From contig MNGN01000031.1 in assembly GCA_001918745.1 (NCBI GenBank), forward strand, positions 33,651 through 97,650: a stretch of 64,000 nt of DNA, in the 5' to 3' direction. Source of the stretch: Crenarchaeota archaeon 13_1_40CM_3_52_17. GTDB taxonomy: Archaea; Thermoproteota; Bathyarchaeia; 40CM-2-53-6. Of the stretch, positions 28,147-38,277 are shown in pieces (position 1 is the first letter of the stretch; the number at the start of each line of letters is the position of its first letter). Position numbers and translations under genes: made by a program. Below the pieces are notes generated by a model, which had not been told where the DNA came from, did not search any database, and saw only the letters and a program-made list of their open reading frames with translations.

Positions 28147-28839
28147 CTATTTCCCGCCTCGAATCATGCAGTGGTCTTTCTCGAAGGGGTCCAATCTGAC
28201 CATCTCTTCGATCGTGTATCCCCTCTTTTTCAAGATCTCAGTTTCTTGGCGAAAAATAGCGCTTGGATCTTTAGCTACATCAATGCTGCGCGCTTTGATC
28301 GCCATGAGGAACTCGTCCTCTTGCTTCAGAAATGTATCAAGGTTCTCAGCCAATATTCTTGCTTGGTCCGGCTGCGCAATGTCGCAATATACAGAGTCGA
28401 CATCCGAGACTAGACTCCGGTATCTGCTGGGAAACCGTGCATCTTCGAAGATCGGCACTGTATTGATCCTGTTCTTGGATACGTTATTGACTAGGTCTCT
28501 AAAGGACCTCTGAGCAAATTCTACACAGAATACTTTCCCATGTAGTCCCACGATGTCGCTTACGTGGCTGACAGTTGTCCCACTTGCAGCTCCCAAGTAC
28601 AGGACATTTGACTTCTGTTCAAACGGGATCTCGCAAAGTCCCTTCAATATTGCAGCTGCAAGTTTACTTCGGAATGGATCCCAGACTCTGTACTCTTCAT
28701 CGCCAGCTCTGACGGTTTCCTCTCCGTAAACGGTCTCTCCCGGTGCTAGGCTGCGGGTACCTAGTTTCTCTTCCCCTTCCTTCCCGATCAGATAGACCCC
28801 TTCGAACTTTCTGTGGGGCTGGACGCCATTCCGTACCAT
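28147..28839 (-). CDS. flpA: fibrillarin-like rRNA/tRNA 2'-O-methyltransferase
   Basis: 230 aa; KFEGVYLIG ... VLYLGAASGTTVSHVSDIVG SAM motif. Confidence 0.9.
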   Translation of the reverse strand: MVRNGVQPHRKFEGVYLIGKEGEEKLGTRSLAPGETVYGEETVRAGDEEYRVWDPFRSKLAAAILKGLCEIPFEQKSNVLYLGAASGTTVSHVSDIVGLHGKVFCVEFAQRSFRDLVNNVSKNRINTVPIFEDARFPSRYRSLVSDVDSVYCDIAQPDQARILAENLDTFLKQEDEFLMAIKARSIDVAKDPSAIFRQETEILKKRGYTIEEMVRLDPFEKDHCMIRGGK

Positions 28840-30043
28840 GCTTCTTCTTAGGTGGTTGCCCTTGATAACGATCTTTGAGATCGCTCACCTTCTTCTCTAA
28901 CGCAGCTCGCATCTTATCGCCCTCGTTTGATCCACCGAAAGCATCCATTCGAGCGGCAATAGCAAGTTTCCCCGCAACTGCGCGGGCAATCCGACCTCTT
29001 AGCCAGCGAGGGGATTGATGGATGGCAGCGTACTGGAAGATGATTCCATGTTTCGGAGGGCGAGCCCCAGTTTTCAGAGTTCGGAAGAGAGCCTTTTCAG
29101 CCCCCAGCACCTGGATCGTACTGGCGGGCATCTTGGCTACGTTCTCTAATCCTCCCGCCATTGAAAGGATCTTAGCCGAGAGAACTGCACCTAGAACCCC
29201 CGTCATGTTCGGAGCAACTTCCAGCATTATCTTGTCGGTGTACTTTTCAGCGGTCTCTCTCAGCTTGTACATCTGGAGAACCGTCGTGCAGACTTCTTGC
29301 AGCCACAACAGATCCGGTTGAGGGAGGTCTGCCCCCGAGGATTTCTGGGCTGCTTCCGAGATTAGTCTAGATCGCTCTTGAGGTATTCCCAGTTCGACCA
29401 GAGACTCCTGAGAGAACGAGTCGCGGGTACCGAGGCCTTGGACGAGCCTGATGTAGCTGTCGTGTTTTTCGACGAGCCTGTCCAATTCGGGAAAATGCAG
29501 TCCGTACCATTCTCGTATTCGCCCTGCAAGAAGGTTCAGTACCTTGTCCAGGTCCTCGATGCATCTGACTGTCTGTATTGCGTACAAGTCACGCTTTGTA
29601 CCGGTCTCCGCAATTGATGCCTGCGCGAGTTCCATCGATACTTCGTGAACGAGTTTCTCATAGTCATCCTTTGACTCTACGATTCTGAATCGGACGAGCA
29701 TGTTGGGCAACCGGTTCCGCAACTTTGAGATCGTTTCATCCCTTTCGTCCAAGACGACTTCCGAAGTCAAAATGTTTCGAAAGATCCGTGCAAGATATTC
29801 GTTGTCTACCGTGAGCTTTTCCAGGCCGATCTGAGACAAGCGGTTGGCGAATTCAGAGAATTCGGCGGGCAATTGTCCCCTGCGAACCTCGTTGAGTTTC
29901 ACTGCCGCGTCTTTGGGGTTACGGGGAAAGAGTGCCTTTTCAGCAATTTTGCCGGTCTTTTCCAGCAGGAAAAGCCCTGCAGGTGAATCGACCAGGTAGG
30001 CTTTCAAAATCGCTCTCGGGTCTCGGTCCAGTCGCTTCGGCAT
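28697..30043 (-). CDS. nop5: C/D box snoRNP protein Nop5 (Nop56/58)
   Basis: 448 aa; NOSIC and Nop domains (GAEKALFRTLKTG ... AAIHQSPRW ... GKLAIAARMDAFGG); basic C-terminal tail overlaps flpA by 143 nt. Confidence 0.85.
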   Translation of the reverse strand: MPKRLDRDPRAILKAYLVDSPAGLFLLEKTGKIAEKALFPRNPKDAAVKLNEVRRGQLPAEFSEFANRLSQIGLEKLTVDNEYLARIFRNILTSEVVLDERDETISKLRNRLPNMLVRFRIVESKDDYEKLVHEVSMELAQASIAETGTKRDLYAIQTVRCIEDLDKVLNLLAGRIREWYGLHFPELDRLVEKHDSYIRLVQGLGTRDSFSQESLVELGIPQERSRLISEAAQKSSGADLPQPDLLWLQEVCTTVLQMYKLRETAEKYTDKIMLEVAPNMTGVLGAVLSAKILSMAGGLENVAKMPASTIQVLGAEKALFRTLKTGARPPKHGIIFQYAAIHQSPRWLRGRIARAVAGKLAIAARMDAFGGSNEGDKMRAALEKKVSDLKDRYQGQPPKKKHGTEWRPAPQKVRRGLSDREGRGRETRYPQPSTGRDRLRRGNRQSWR

Positions 30044-30099
30044 AACTCATCGTGTGCGAAGATAATTAACGTGGCACAAGTATACTGTCTCGGCAGCAT

Positions 30100-31023
30100 T
30101 TGGAACCTGACCTTTCGGTGGAGTTTGCTGGTATAAAGCTCCACAACCCGACGATTCTTGCATCGGGAATTCTGGGAGTTTCCAGCGAGGTCATGGTCCG
30201 GGCCTCAAGGGCGGGAGCTGGAGCAGTGGTCACAAAGTCGTTCAACAGGAAGGGAAGGGAAGGTTATCGGAATCCGTCTTTCATCGAAGTTCCTGGTGGC
30301 TATCTTAACGCTCTTGGAATTCCGAATCCTGGAATGGATGAGATGCGTGAAGAGGTTGCGGCGGTTGCGAAGGCTGGAGTTCCAGTCATCGCTAGCGTCT
30401 TCGGCTTCGATGCGGAAGAGTTCGCAGAAGCCGCCTCCAGGGGAGAGGAAGGGGGCGCCATCGCGATTGAACTGAACGTGTCCTGCCCTCATGTCAGGGA
30501 GGTCGGAGTCGAGATAGGCCAGAAAGCGGAAATGGTCTTTGAGGTGACACGAGCGGTCAAGACTAAGGTCAAGTTGCCAGTCATTGTCAAGCTCACGCCT
30601 AACGTAGCGAATATCCAAGAAATTGCCAAGGCAGCTGAAAGCGCGGGAGCCGATGCCCTCACGGCCATCAACACGGCGTTAGGAATGGCAATAGACGTCG
30701 ACGCTGCTGCTCCAATTCTCGGAGGAATCTACGGTGGTCTCTCCGGACCCGCCCTCCACTCCCTGGCTGTAAGGACAGTCTATCAGGCAAAAGCAGCTGT
30801 CAGAATACCTATCATCGGGGTCGGGGGGGTAACCGATTGGAGAGGAGCTGTGGAGATGATGATGGCGGGAGCTTCAGCAGTCCAAATTGGAACCGCGGTG
30901 ATGTACAGAGGCGTTGAAGTGTTCAGAGAGATCACTGCAGGAATGGCAAAGTTCCTTCAAGAGAACCGGTATGGGTCGGTCCGCGAAATTGTTGGACTAG
31001 CGAACAAATCAAATCATGGCTAG
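30100..31023 (+). CDS. pyrD: dihydroorotate dehydrogenase catalytic subunit
   Basis: 307 aa; TIM-barrel DHODH motifs (NPTILASG, VTKSF, IGVGGV). Confidence 0.85.
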   Translation: MEPDLSVEFAGIKLHNPTILASGILGVSSEVMVRASRAGAGAVVTKSFNRKGREGYRNPSFIEVPGGYLNALGIPNPGMDEMREEVAAVAKAGVPVIASVFGFDAEEFAEAASRGEEGGAIAIELNVSCPHVREVGVEIGQKAEMVFEVTRAVKTKVKLPVIVKLTPNVANIQEIAKAAESAGADALTAINTALGMAIDVDAAAPILGGIYGGLSGPALHSLAVRTVYQAKAAVRIPIIGVGGVTDWRGAVEMMMAGASAVQIGTAVMYRGVEVFREITAGMAKFLQENRYGSVREIVGLANKSNHG

Positions 31024-31032
31024 AGCTTCGCG

Positions 31033-31248
31033 CTACTTGGGGACGAACAGCAGAAACGCGATGTAGAACACAAAGACCAGCCCGGTTATGACGATGATAT
31101 TTCTCATTTTAGTTCTCTGAATCTTCTTTCCAGATACCCTGCATTTGTCGCTGCAATATTCCTGCTTCAGTTCCGTCGGGGTACCGCAGACTGGACAGTG
31201 GCGATGCTTAGGAACGGTCGTAGGCTCTTCGCGTCGATACTTAGACAA
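31033..31248 (-). CDS. zinc-ribbon membrane protein
   Basis: 71 aa; CPVCGT ... CSDKC then one TM helix. Confidence 0.3.
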   Translation of the reverse strand: MSKYRREEPTTVPKHRHCPVCGTPTELKQEYCSDKCRVSGKKIQRTKMRNIIVITGLVFVFYIAFLLFVPK

Positions 31249-31325
31249 TTAACTCCATCCTATCTAGCCTGCGAACCACGCAAACTGACCGGGAATGGGA
31301 CTCTTATATCATTCTCAGCCATCTT

Positions 31326-33080
31326 GTGGTTGGACTAAAGTTGGGAAAGATCCAGTGGCTTGATTGGAGTAAAGAGAGCTTTGAAAGAGCTCGGGCCGAA
31401 GGCAAGCCCATTCTTCTCGATATCAAGGGGTCTTGGTGCCACTGGTGCCACGTCATGGACGAAACGTCTTACTCGGATCCTGCAATAGTTGACGCCCTCA
31501 ACAAGAAGTTCATCCCGATAAGAGTCGACACGGACAAGAGACCTGATGTCAACAGGAGATACAACATGGGAGGATGGCCCACCACCGCTTTTCTCGACAG
31601 CGATGGAAAGATCATCACAGGCGGCACCTACATTCCGCCTGAACAGCTACGCGAAGTCATTCGATCTGTACTCGACATGTATGCAAAGAGCAGGGGAAAG
31701 GTTCGAAGCAAGCTTGAACCGCCCAGGATTCCAAGGGCCTCGCTAGACCCTCTTACGGAGAGTATCGCCAAGGATATCGCGACGTCTGTCGCGGTCAATT
31801 TTGACATCGACTACGGGGGCTTCGGCTTCGAACCCAAGTTTCCCCAAACTGACTCTCTCGAATACGCTCTTGTGAGATACCGCTACCACGGGGAGAAGGA
31901 AATGCTCACGATCGTCAGCAAGACGCTTGAGAAGATGGGAAAAGGGGGACTCTACGATCATGTTGAGGACGGGTTCTTCAGATACTCAACGACGAGAGAT
32001 TGGACGATACCCCATTTCGAGAAGATGGCGGAGGACAACGCCCGGCTTCTTGCGACCTACCTTAAGGCGTATCAGGTTACTGGAAACCCATTTTTCAAAG
32101 AAAAGGCTGAAGGTATTCTACGATATGTTCAATCGAAATTTGCAGACCTCAAAGAGGGAGGATTTTACGGTAGCCAAGATGCTGACGAGGAATACTACAA
32201 GCTAGCGTTGGAAGAGCGGAAAAAACGCACTGCGCCGAGTATTGACAAGACATTCTATACAAACTACAATGGTCTCTTCGCCTCGGCGTACTTTCTCTCG
32301 GGTTCGGTTCTGAACAGCTCTGAGTACACGAAGTTCGCTTTGAAAACTCTTGAACGTGTCATAGGGACCGCCGACAGTAAGGGAGCGTTGCCACACTACT
32401 TCGGCGTGGAGGTCTCAGCCTTGAAGGGATTACTGATTGACCATGCTCTAACATTGCATGCCCTTGTAGATGCCTATGAGTACACGGGAAGCTGGGAACA
32501 CATTGAGACCGCAAAGAAATTACTGGACTACTCGATTAGAACACTTGGCGATGAAAAAGATGGAGGATTCTACGATATTCCAGAACAATCAGCAGACATT
32601 GGGGAACTTCAGGCTCGGGACAAACCCATGGATGAGAACAGTTCAATGGCAATTGCCGCTCTACGCATGTCTTGGATAACCGGGAACGAGCGATACGAGA
32701 AGCTTGCAGAGAAGACCTTGAGGATCTTCGGCAGCGAGTATGAGCGATACGGAATAATGGCCGCACCATATGCTCTTGCACTTGAATCTCTAATAAACGG
32801 GCCCGTCGGAATCACCATTCTCGGATCCAGGTCTAAGGAGACTGAAAAGTTCGGGCTGCAAGCCAGGAAGCTCTATCCCGTTAGAAGATACTTGCTCCAA
32901 CTCGACCCTGCGAAAGACGCTGAGAGAATAAGGCAACTCGGCTATGACTCATCAACCGCACCGGTTGCATATGTCTGCGTGGGCAAGGTCTGTGGACCGC
33001 CCTTGAAGGAGCCATCTATGATCGAGCCGACCATCTCCTCTCTCATAAGCCTCGTACCAGTAGCGACGGTTTCTCAGTAA
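31326..33080 (+). CDS. thioredoxin-domain protein YyaL/DUF255 (six-hairpin glycosidase-like C-domain)
   Basis: 584 aa; KPILLDIKGSWCHWCHVMDETSYSDP. Confidence 0.8.
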   Translation: MVGLKLGKIQWLDWSKESFERARAEGKPILLDIKGSWCHWCHVMDETSYSDPAIVDALNKKFIPIRVDTDKRPDVNRRYNMGGWPTTAFLDSDGKIITGGTYIPPEQLREVIRSVLDMYAKSRGKVRSKLEPPRIPRASLDPLTESIAKDIATSVAVNFDIDYGGFGFEPKFPQTDSLEYALVRYRYHGEKEMLTIVSKTLEKMGKGGLYDHVEDGFFRYSTTRDWTIPHFEKMAEDNARLLATYLKAYQVTGNPFFKEKAEGILRYVQSKFADLKEGGFYGSQDADEEYYKLALEERKKRTAPSIDKTFYTNYNGLFASAYFLSGSVLNSSEYTKFALKTLERVIGTADSKGALPHYFGVEVSALKGLLIDHALTLHALVDAYEYTGSWEHIETAKKLLDYSIRTLGDEKDGGFYDIPEQSADIGELQARDKPMDENSSMAIAALRMSWITGNERYEKLAEKTLRIFGSEYERYGIMAAPYALALESLINGPVGITILGSRSKETEKFGLQARKLYPVRRYLLQLDPAKDAERIRQLGYDSSTAPVAYVCVGKVCGPPLKEPSMIEPTISSLISLVPVATVSQ

Positions 33081-33086
33081 GAGACT

Positions 33087-34603
33087 TTGGCAAATCCCGA
33101 TCTGGTAGTCTACAACGGGAGGGTCTACCCGCAACTCAGCACAGAGAGCCGAGTTGAAGCAATCTCAATCACGGACGGAAGAGTCACCAAGACCGGATCC
33201 AGCCTAGACCTACTGAAACTCAAGTCCGCCTCAGTCGATTCTCTTGACCTCCATGGATCAACCGCTCTCCCCGGCCTCGCCGACTCCCACATTCACCTTC
33301 TGGGTCCATCCCGGAAATTCAAAGGATGCTTGCGAAAGCCTCTTCAACAAAACTGAGAGACAATTGGATCCTCGGAAGAGGATGGGATCAAGAGATGCTC
33401 CGAGAACGTCGATACCCCGATCGATCCGACATCGACGTTGTTGCAAACCCCGTCTTCCTTAGAAGAATTTGCGGCCATGTCGCTGTTGCAAACTCGGCAG
33501 CATTGACCGCAGCGGGCGTCAACGAGAACACGCCAGAACCCTTTGGTGGAGAAATAGAAAGGGACTCGATTGGCAAACCCAATGGCATATTGAAAGAGCG
33601 GGCCCTAGAGATTGTTAGTAGATCAGTCCCTAGAGACGAGACAGAGGCCAGACAAGCTCTGGTCGTCGCTTCTGAGAAACTCTTGGCGCAAGGCGTCACT
33701 GCACTGCACTGCATAGTCGAAGACGAGCAAGAATTCAAGGCCCTGAGAGAATTGAAGAAGGAGGGGAAGATAGAGCAGACAATTTACGTAATCCTACCAC
33801 TGAACATGCTCGATCAAGTTAGCTCAATGGAAGACGAGCTGGGAGTGTGGGCCAATGGCTTCAGAATTGGAGGGATCAAGGTTTTCCTGGACGGCTCTCT
33901 CGGGGCGAGAACTGCGGCACTCGGGCATCCCTACGACGACGACCCCGGGTCATCCGGTATGCTGACAACATCTAGAGAGCAACTGTCGAACTTGATAGAG
34001 AAGGCAGGAGAAACCGGCCTGCAGTTATGCTTGCATGCAATAGGCGACAGGGCCGTTCAATTGGGAGTCGAGACGCTGAATGAATCTCTGGGGCCGCGCG
34101 ATTGTCGGAAGTCGAGACCCCGAATAGAACACGCGTCTCTATTGTCCCCGGATCTGATCAAAAAAATGGCGAACTTAGGTTTAGTTGCCTCCGTTCAACC
34201 GCGCTTCATCTACTCGGACAATTGGGCAGAGCAGCGCCTAGGAAGGGACCGGATTCAATACTTGTATCCGTTCAAATCTATGCTTCGAGCCGGGATCCAT
34301 TTGGCGGCCGGGTCGGATACTCCTAGTGATGATCCGAGCACGGCTGAGGGCTTGTGGTCCGCCGTCTCTCGCCCCGGGCTCTCGCCCTCAGAACGGTTAA
34401 CACCGAGCGAGGCCCTCACTTGCTACACACGGGGAGCAGCTTACGCCTCGTTCTCGGAAAACGATGAGGGAACTCTAGAGCTTGGCAAATGGGCGAACCT
34501 GACGATCTTGGATCGCGACCCCTTTGAATCCCCACCAGAGGCTCTTAGGAAACTTCGGGTAGTACAAACAATCGTTCGTGGAAAGGTGTTCCGTTGGAAC
34601 TAA
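33087..34603 (+). pseudogene. metal-dependent amidohydrolase (Amidohydro_3/YtcJ-like) interrupted by a frameshift near 33300
   Basis: N-terminal LPGLADSHIHLLG in frame 0 terminates at 33356; SIPEIQRMLAKASSTKLRDNWILGRGWD continues in frame 2 from about 33305; the rest is intact to the C-terminal HxD-type motifs. Confidence 0.6.
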
Positions 34604-34613
34604 TCCTAGAATT

Positions 34614-36074
34614 CTAGACTCTTTCCGGAGAATCCGACGGCAGAAGTACATCGTGTGGACGAGCCTCCTCAGCACCCGAGTGGGTTATGGCTGCCAAGTG
34701 CGCTTTTTCCCAGAGTTCTGGAATCGTCTTGGCTCCGGCGTATCCCATTGATGCTTGCAATCCTGCCGACATTTCTTGGATAACAACGCTCACTTCTCCC
34801 TTGTAGGGAACCCAGCCCTCAACTCCCTCCGGAAGCCCCTTCGAGGGTTGAGCATAGCGATCCATGGAGAATCGCTTGGCCATTGCCGAAGGACTTCCCA
34901 TTCCTCGGTATTGTTTGTAGTATCGACCGCCAATCGTTATGAGCGTGCCAGGCGCTTCTTTGCAACGCGCGAACAGGTTGCCCATCATTACGGCGGATGC
35001 TCCAAGTGACATTGCGACTGCAGCGTCCCCGGGACCCCTTATCCCGCCATCCGCGATTATCGGAATCTTCGACCCGTATGTCCGAACTGCATCAGCAACC
35101 TGAGCGGTCGCATAGACCGTCGGCGAGCCCGCTTTGGTTGCCTCCATTGTGGTACAAATGGACCCTGAGCCTATTCCAACCCTGAATCCAGCGATACCTT
35201 CCAGTTTTGTTATCGCATCCTCAGCAGCCTTGTAAGTTCCGATGCTTCCCACGACCACGTCCGCGTCGACCTCTTCCAAGATCTTTTTCGTCGCGCTGAA
35301 CACGTTAGCATTGTGGAAGTGGGACACGTCGATTACGAGAATGTCAGCGATTTCGCTGAGCTTCTTGGCTCTTTTGAGATCGAAGGGTGATACTGCGGCA
35401 CCACAGAGCAGTTGCCCGTTTTCGTCTCGGGCCGCGTTGGGGAACCTTCCACGAAGGAGAATGTCCTTGATGGTCATCAAGCCCTTGAGGCGTCCTTCCT
35501 TATCGATCAGGGGAAGTTTCTCGACACGATGCTTGTGAAGAATTTCCTTTGCGCCTTCGATGTTCGTATCGTCGGGCGCGGTTATGACCTTCTTTGTCAT
35601 AACATCCTTGGTGAGCAGGCTGGAGTCTGCAAACCGAACATCTCTTCCGGTAACGATACCGACTAGCTTCTCTGCCTCGACCACAGGTAGACCGGAGATG
35701 TTGTGCTTCTGCATCAACTCGGTAGCGTATTCGACTGTCTCGGTCGGCCTGATTGTGATTACGTCCTTTATCACGAGAGATTCTGCGCGTTTCACTTTTC
35801 TTGCCATCTCCACCTCTTCTTCTGCGGTGCAGTTGCGGTGGAGCACTCCGAGAGCTCCGAGCCTGGCGACGGCTATGGCCATTTCGCTCTCCGTTACTGT
35901 GTCCATTGGACTCGCGACAAAGGGCATGTTAAGAGAGTGGTTCAGGGTGACCTGGGTCGATAGTTCGACTTGGTTGGGTTCAACTTCAGTCCATCCGGGA
36001 AGCAGGATGAGATCCCTGAAAGTAACTGCCACGTCAGTATCCTTGAACTTGGATCTGAACCCTGGCTCCGACAC
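34614..36074 (-). CDS. guaB: IMP dehydrogenase with CBS pair
   Basis: 486 aa; catalytic Cys loop GIGSGSICTT, GGIRGPGD. Confidence 0.9.
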   Translation of the reverse strand: MSEPGFRSKFKDTDVAVTFRDLILLPGWTEVEPNQVELSTQVTLNHSLNMPFVASPMDTVTESEMAIAVARLGALGVLHRNCTAEEEVEMARKVKRAESLVIKDVITIRPTETVEYATELMQKHNISGLPVVEAEKLVGIVTGRDVRFADSSLLTKDVMTKKVITAPDDTNIEGAKEILHKHRVEKLPLIDKEGRLKGLMTIKDILLRGRFPNAARDENGQLLCGAAVSPFDLKRAKKLSEIADILVIDVSHFHNANVFSATKKILEEVDADVVVGSIGTYKAAEDAITKLEGIAGFRVGIGSGSICTTMEATKAGSPTVYATAQVADAVRTYGSKIPIIADGGIRGPGDAAVAMSLGASAVMMGNLFARCKEAPGTLITIGGRYYKQYRGMGSPSAMAKRFSMDRYAQPSKGLPEGVEGWVPYKGEVSVVIQEMSAGLQASMGYAGAKTIPELWEKAHLAAITHSGAEEARPHDVLLPSDSPERV

Positions 36075-36228
36075 CTAGTTTCCAAATCTCCCTGAGTTTG
36101 CAAGAAAACAGCTGATTTCCCTTATTATACATACCGACAGAGTTGGAGAATTTCTTTTCCGAGAAAGGTTCAAAGATAGCTACGAGTATCTCTTTGAGGT
36201 TTTGCCTGGCCAACTGAACGCTTTTTTT

Positions 36229-38235
36229 CTAGACGGGTTTTTGGCATCTATCGCAATACCATTTCATCTGCACAGGGTCCCAACGAACGGGCTGCTGACA
36301 AGTCGGACAGCGATTGTACCCAACGGCTGTCGTGACCTTTCGCTTTCTGAAGAAAAGGAACCCTAAGAGGAGGCCGGCCGCCACACCCACGGCGAGACCG
36401 ATCAAACCAAAGACGAGCCCGGATGAAAAGAGTGACCCGCTTTGCTCGGCCTGGAGAGCACTCAAAGCCGCAGCCAACGAGTGTTGGACAGCGCCGGCAT
36501 AATCCATTGTGGAATAGTGTTGGTTTGCGAGCGCCATTTCTCGGTTTGCGATTGCGATTGTTCCGCTGTTAATCAAGCTGTTTCCCGTGGCGGCGAGGGC
36601 GTCTTGGGCAATAATCAGGAGCTCGTCGTTGATTCCTCTGAGGACTGTGTCTTTGTCAAACTGGCTGTACGTATTGGAATCCGGGTAGTAAGCCATTACA
36701 CTGTTTGTGAAATCCTCTGTTTGATCGTAGATGAATGGGTGATTCAAGCCGATCATGTGGCCTAGCTCATGAATTGTTGCGCGAGTGAAGCCGAAACCCT
36801 TGCCAGGTTGTTTGGGAAAGACGTTGTATCCATAGGTTAGCGTGGAGTTTGATTGGTTCACTAGAATCATGTCGCCCAGGGCGACACCGCCTATGGATCC
36901 GGGCGGTTCCGATAGTTCGATATTTTCCTTGAAGGTAAAGGCGAAAGTGTAGTTTCCTTGGAATGCGAAGAGAAAGCCGGGAATGTCGTACTGTGAGGTT
37001 GTGTGGGTTGCGTTGATGAACTGGGTCATATGGCCCTTGCCATAAACTGACAACCAGTTCCAGACAAGCCTAGCATCGACAATCGGAATTGATAGAGCCG
37101 GATCTTTGACCTTCGTTGTTGCGTTCGCAACGACAGCTGCAAGTTGCGGGTACGCTGTAATGTCTGAGAACTTTGCAGAGACTGTGACCGTGGCAAATGG
37201 AAGGAGGCTCGCAAGTTGGTTCTGAACCATCGTGGTGTTGAGTGTCGTGGAGATCTTGGGCCCCTTTGCCTTTTCTGCATCTGTCCGGTTGTCAAACACG
37301 AATAGTTGGAAATTGTACCTCTGGGCATATGTGACCGGGTACAGCTGGTCCGCCGCGAACAAGTTGTAGACTGCGCCGGAGATGTAATCGTTAACGAACT
37401 CGGCGGCCCAAATCCTGCCATATGGGGTTGAAAGATTCACGCCCCTGGCACCTGCCGCGACCTGCATCGGAAGCTCATTCGTCCAATAGCTCGTGCCTGC
37501 CGAGAGATCGGTATAGTAGATTCTCCCTGTTCCGCCCCAGCTGGTCATGTAGTGGCGAGGTAAACTCAGACCGAGATCCGGATCGGTGACTGTTCGATTG
37601 TAATAATGGGCCTGAACAGCCATTGTGCTGTTGCAAGAACACTTGGTAATGGCGACTTGGTACTGCTGGAATGACAGCGAGGGTATGATTGTTCTGTTGA
37701 GGTCTGAAATGAAAAGAGTGTATCCGGGGTTCGGAATCGCTCCAAAGAGTGTCTGGTTTGAAATAAGCCAGTTCTCTACTTTGTTCGCGTCGTAGAAGTA
37801 GTTCTGAACCAGGCTCACCTTTGTGCTAGTCTTGTTAAGGGCCGGATTACCGAAAAAGGGAGGAGGCGTGCCCGGAACTGTATCTTGCTCTTTTCCGGTG
37901 GAATTTACGTACCTTGCAAAACTCTGGACAAGAGCCGAGCTTGCCTCCTCATACACGTATTGGTATGTGAAATTGTACATGACCCCGGTGTTGATAGGTC
38001 CTTGCAGGACCTGCTGGTATTTGACCGGAATCGAGTTTATGCCACTTGTCAGGTAGGAGGAGTTCAGGTCGGTGTTGGAAAAGCCGAGAAGAACAACCTT
38101 GATGGTCAGGGGAACGACTCGGGAAGCGGCTACAGCTCCCGGCGAGTTGGACTGAGAGTACTGGCCGTTTGCTTGCGAGATTGAGAGTAGAATGAATAGG
38201 GAGATTGCGAGAAAGCGGATCGTTCCCATTCTCAT
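36229..38235 (-). CDS. secreted metzincin-like metalloprotease, membrane anchored, with cytoplasmic C-terminal zinc ribbon
   Basis: 668 aa; signal peptide; HELGHMIGLNHPF (HExxHxxGxxH); sequon-rich; TM helix LVFGLIGLAVGVAAGLLLGFLFF then CPTCQQPV ... CDRCQKPV. Confidence 0.6.
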   Translation of the reverse strand: MRMGTIRFLAISLFILLSISQANGQYSQSNSPGAVAASRVVPLTIKVVLLGFSNTDLNSSYLTSGINSIPVKYQQVLQGPINTGVMYNFTYQYVYEEASSALVQSFARYVNSTGKEQDTVPGTPPPFFGNPALNKTSTKVSLVQNYFYDANKVENWLISNQTLFGAIPNPGYTLFISDLNRTIIPSLSFQQYQVAITKCSCNSTMAVQAHYYNRTVTDPDLGLSLPRHYMTSWGGTGRIYYTDLSAGTSYWTNELPMQVAAGARGVNLSTPYGRIWAAEFVNDYISGAVYNLFAADQLYPVTYAQRYNFQLFVFDNRTDAEKAKGPKISTTLNTTMVQNQLASLLPFATVTVSAKFSDITAYPQLAAVVANATTKVKDPALSIPIVDARLVWNWLSVYGKGHMTQFINATHTTSQYDIPGFLFAFQGNYTFAFTFKENIELSEPPGSIGGVALGDMILVNQSNSTLTYGYNVFPKQPGKGFGFTRATIHELGHMIGLNHPFIYDQTEDFTNSVMAYYPDSNTYSQFDKDTVLRGINDELLIIAQDALAATGNSLINSGTIAIANREMALANQHYSTMDYAGAVQHSLAAALSALQAEQSGSLFSSGLVFGLIGLAVGVAAGLLLGFLFFRKRKVTTAVGYNRCPTCQQPVRWDPVQMKWYCDRCQKPV

Positions 38236-38277
38236 AGGCCTTTAGACGCCTGAAATTGGTTCCTTATCAGGCGTTTC

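Noticed and set aside
36190-36228. T7 and T5 tracts (GCTTTTTTTCTAGACGGGTTTTTGG) as a terminator
   Set aside because: Both flanking genes are on the minus strand, where this reads as A-tracts, so it is more likely promoter-proximal AT-rich sequence for guaB than a terminator.
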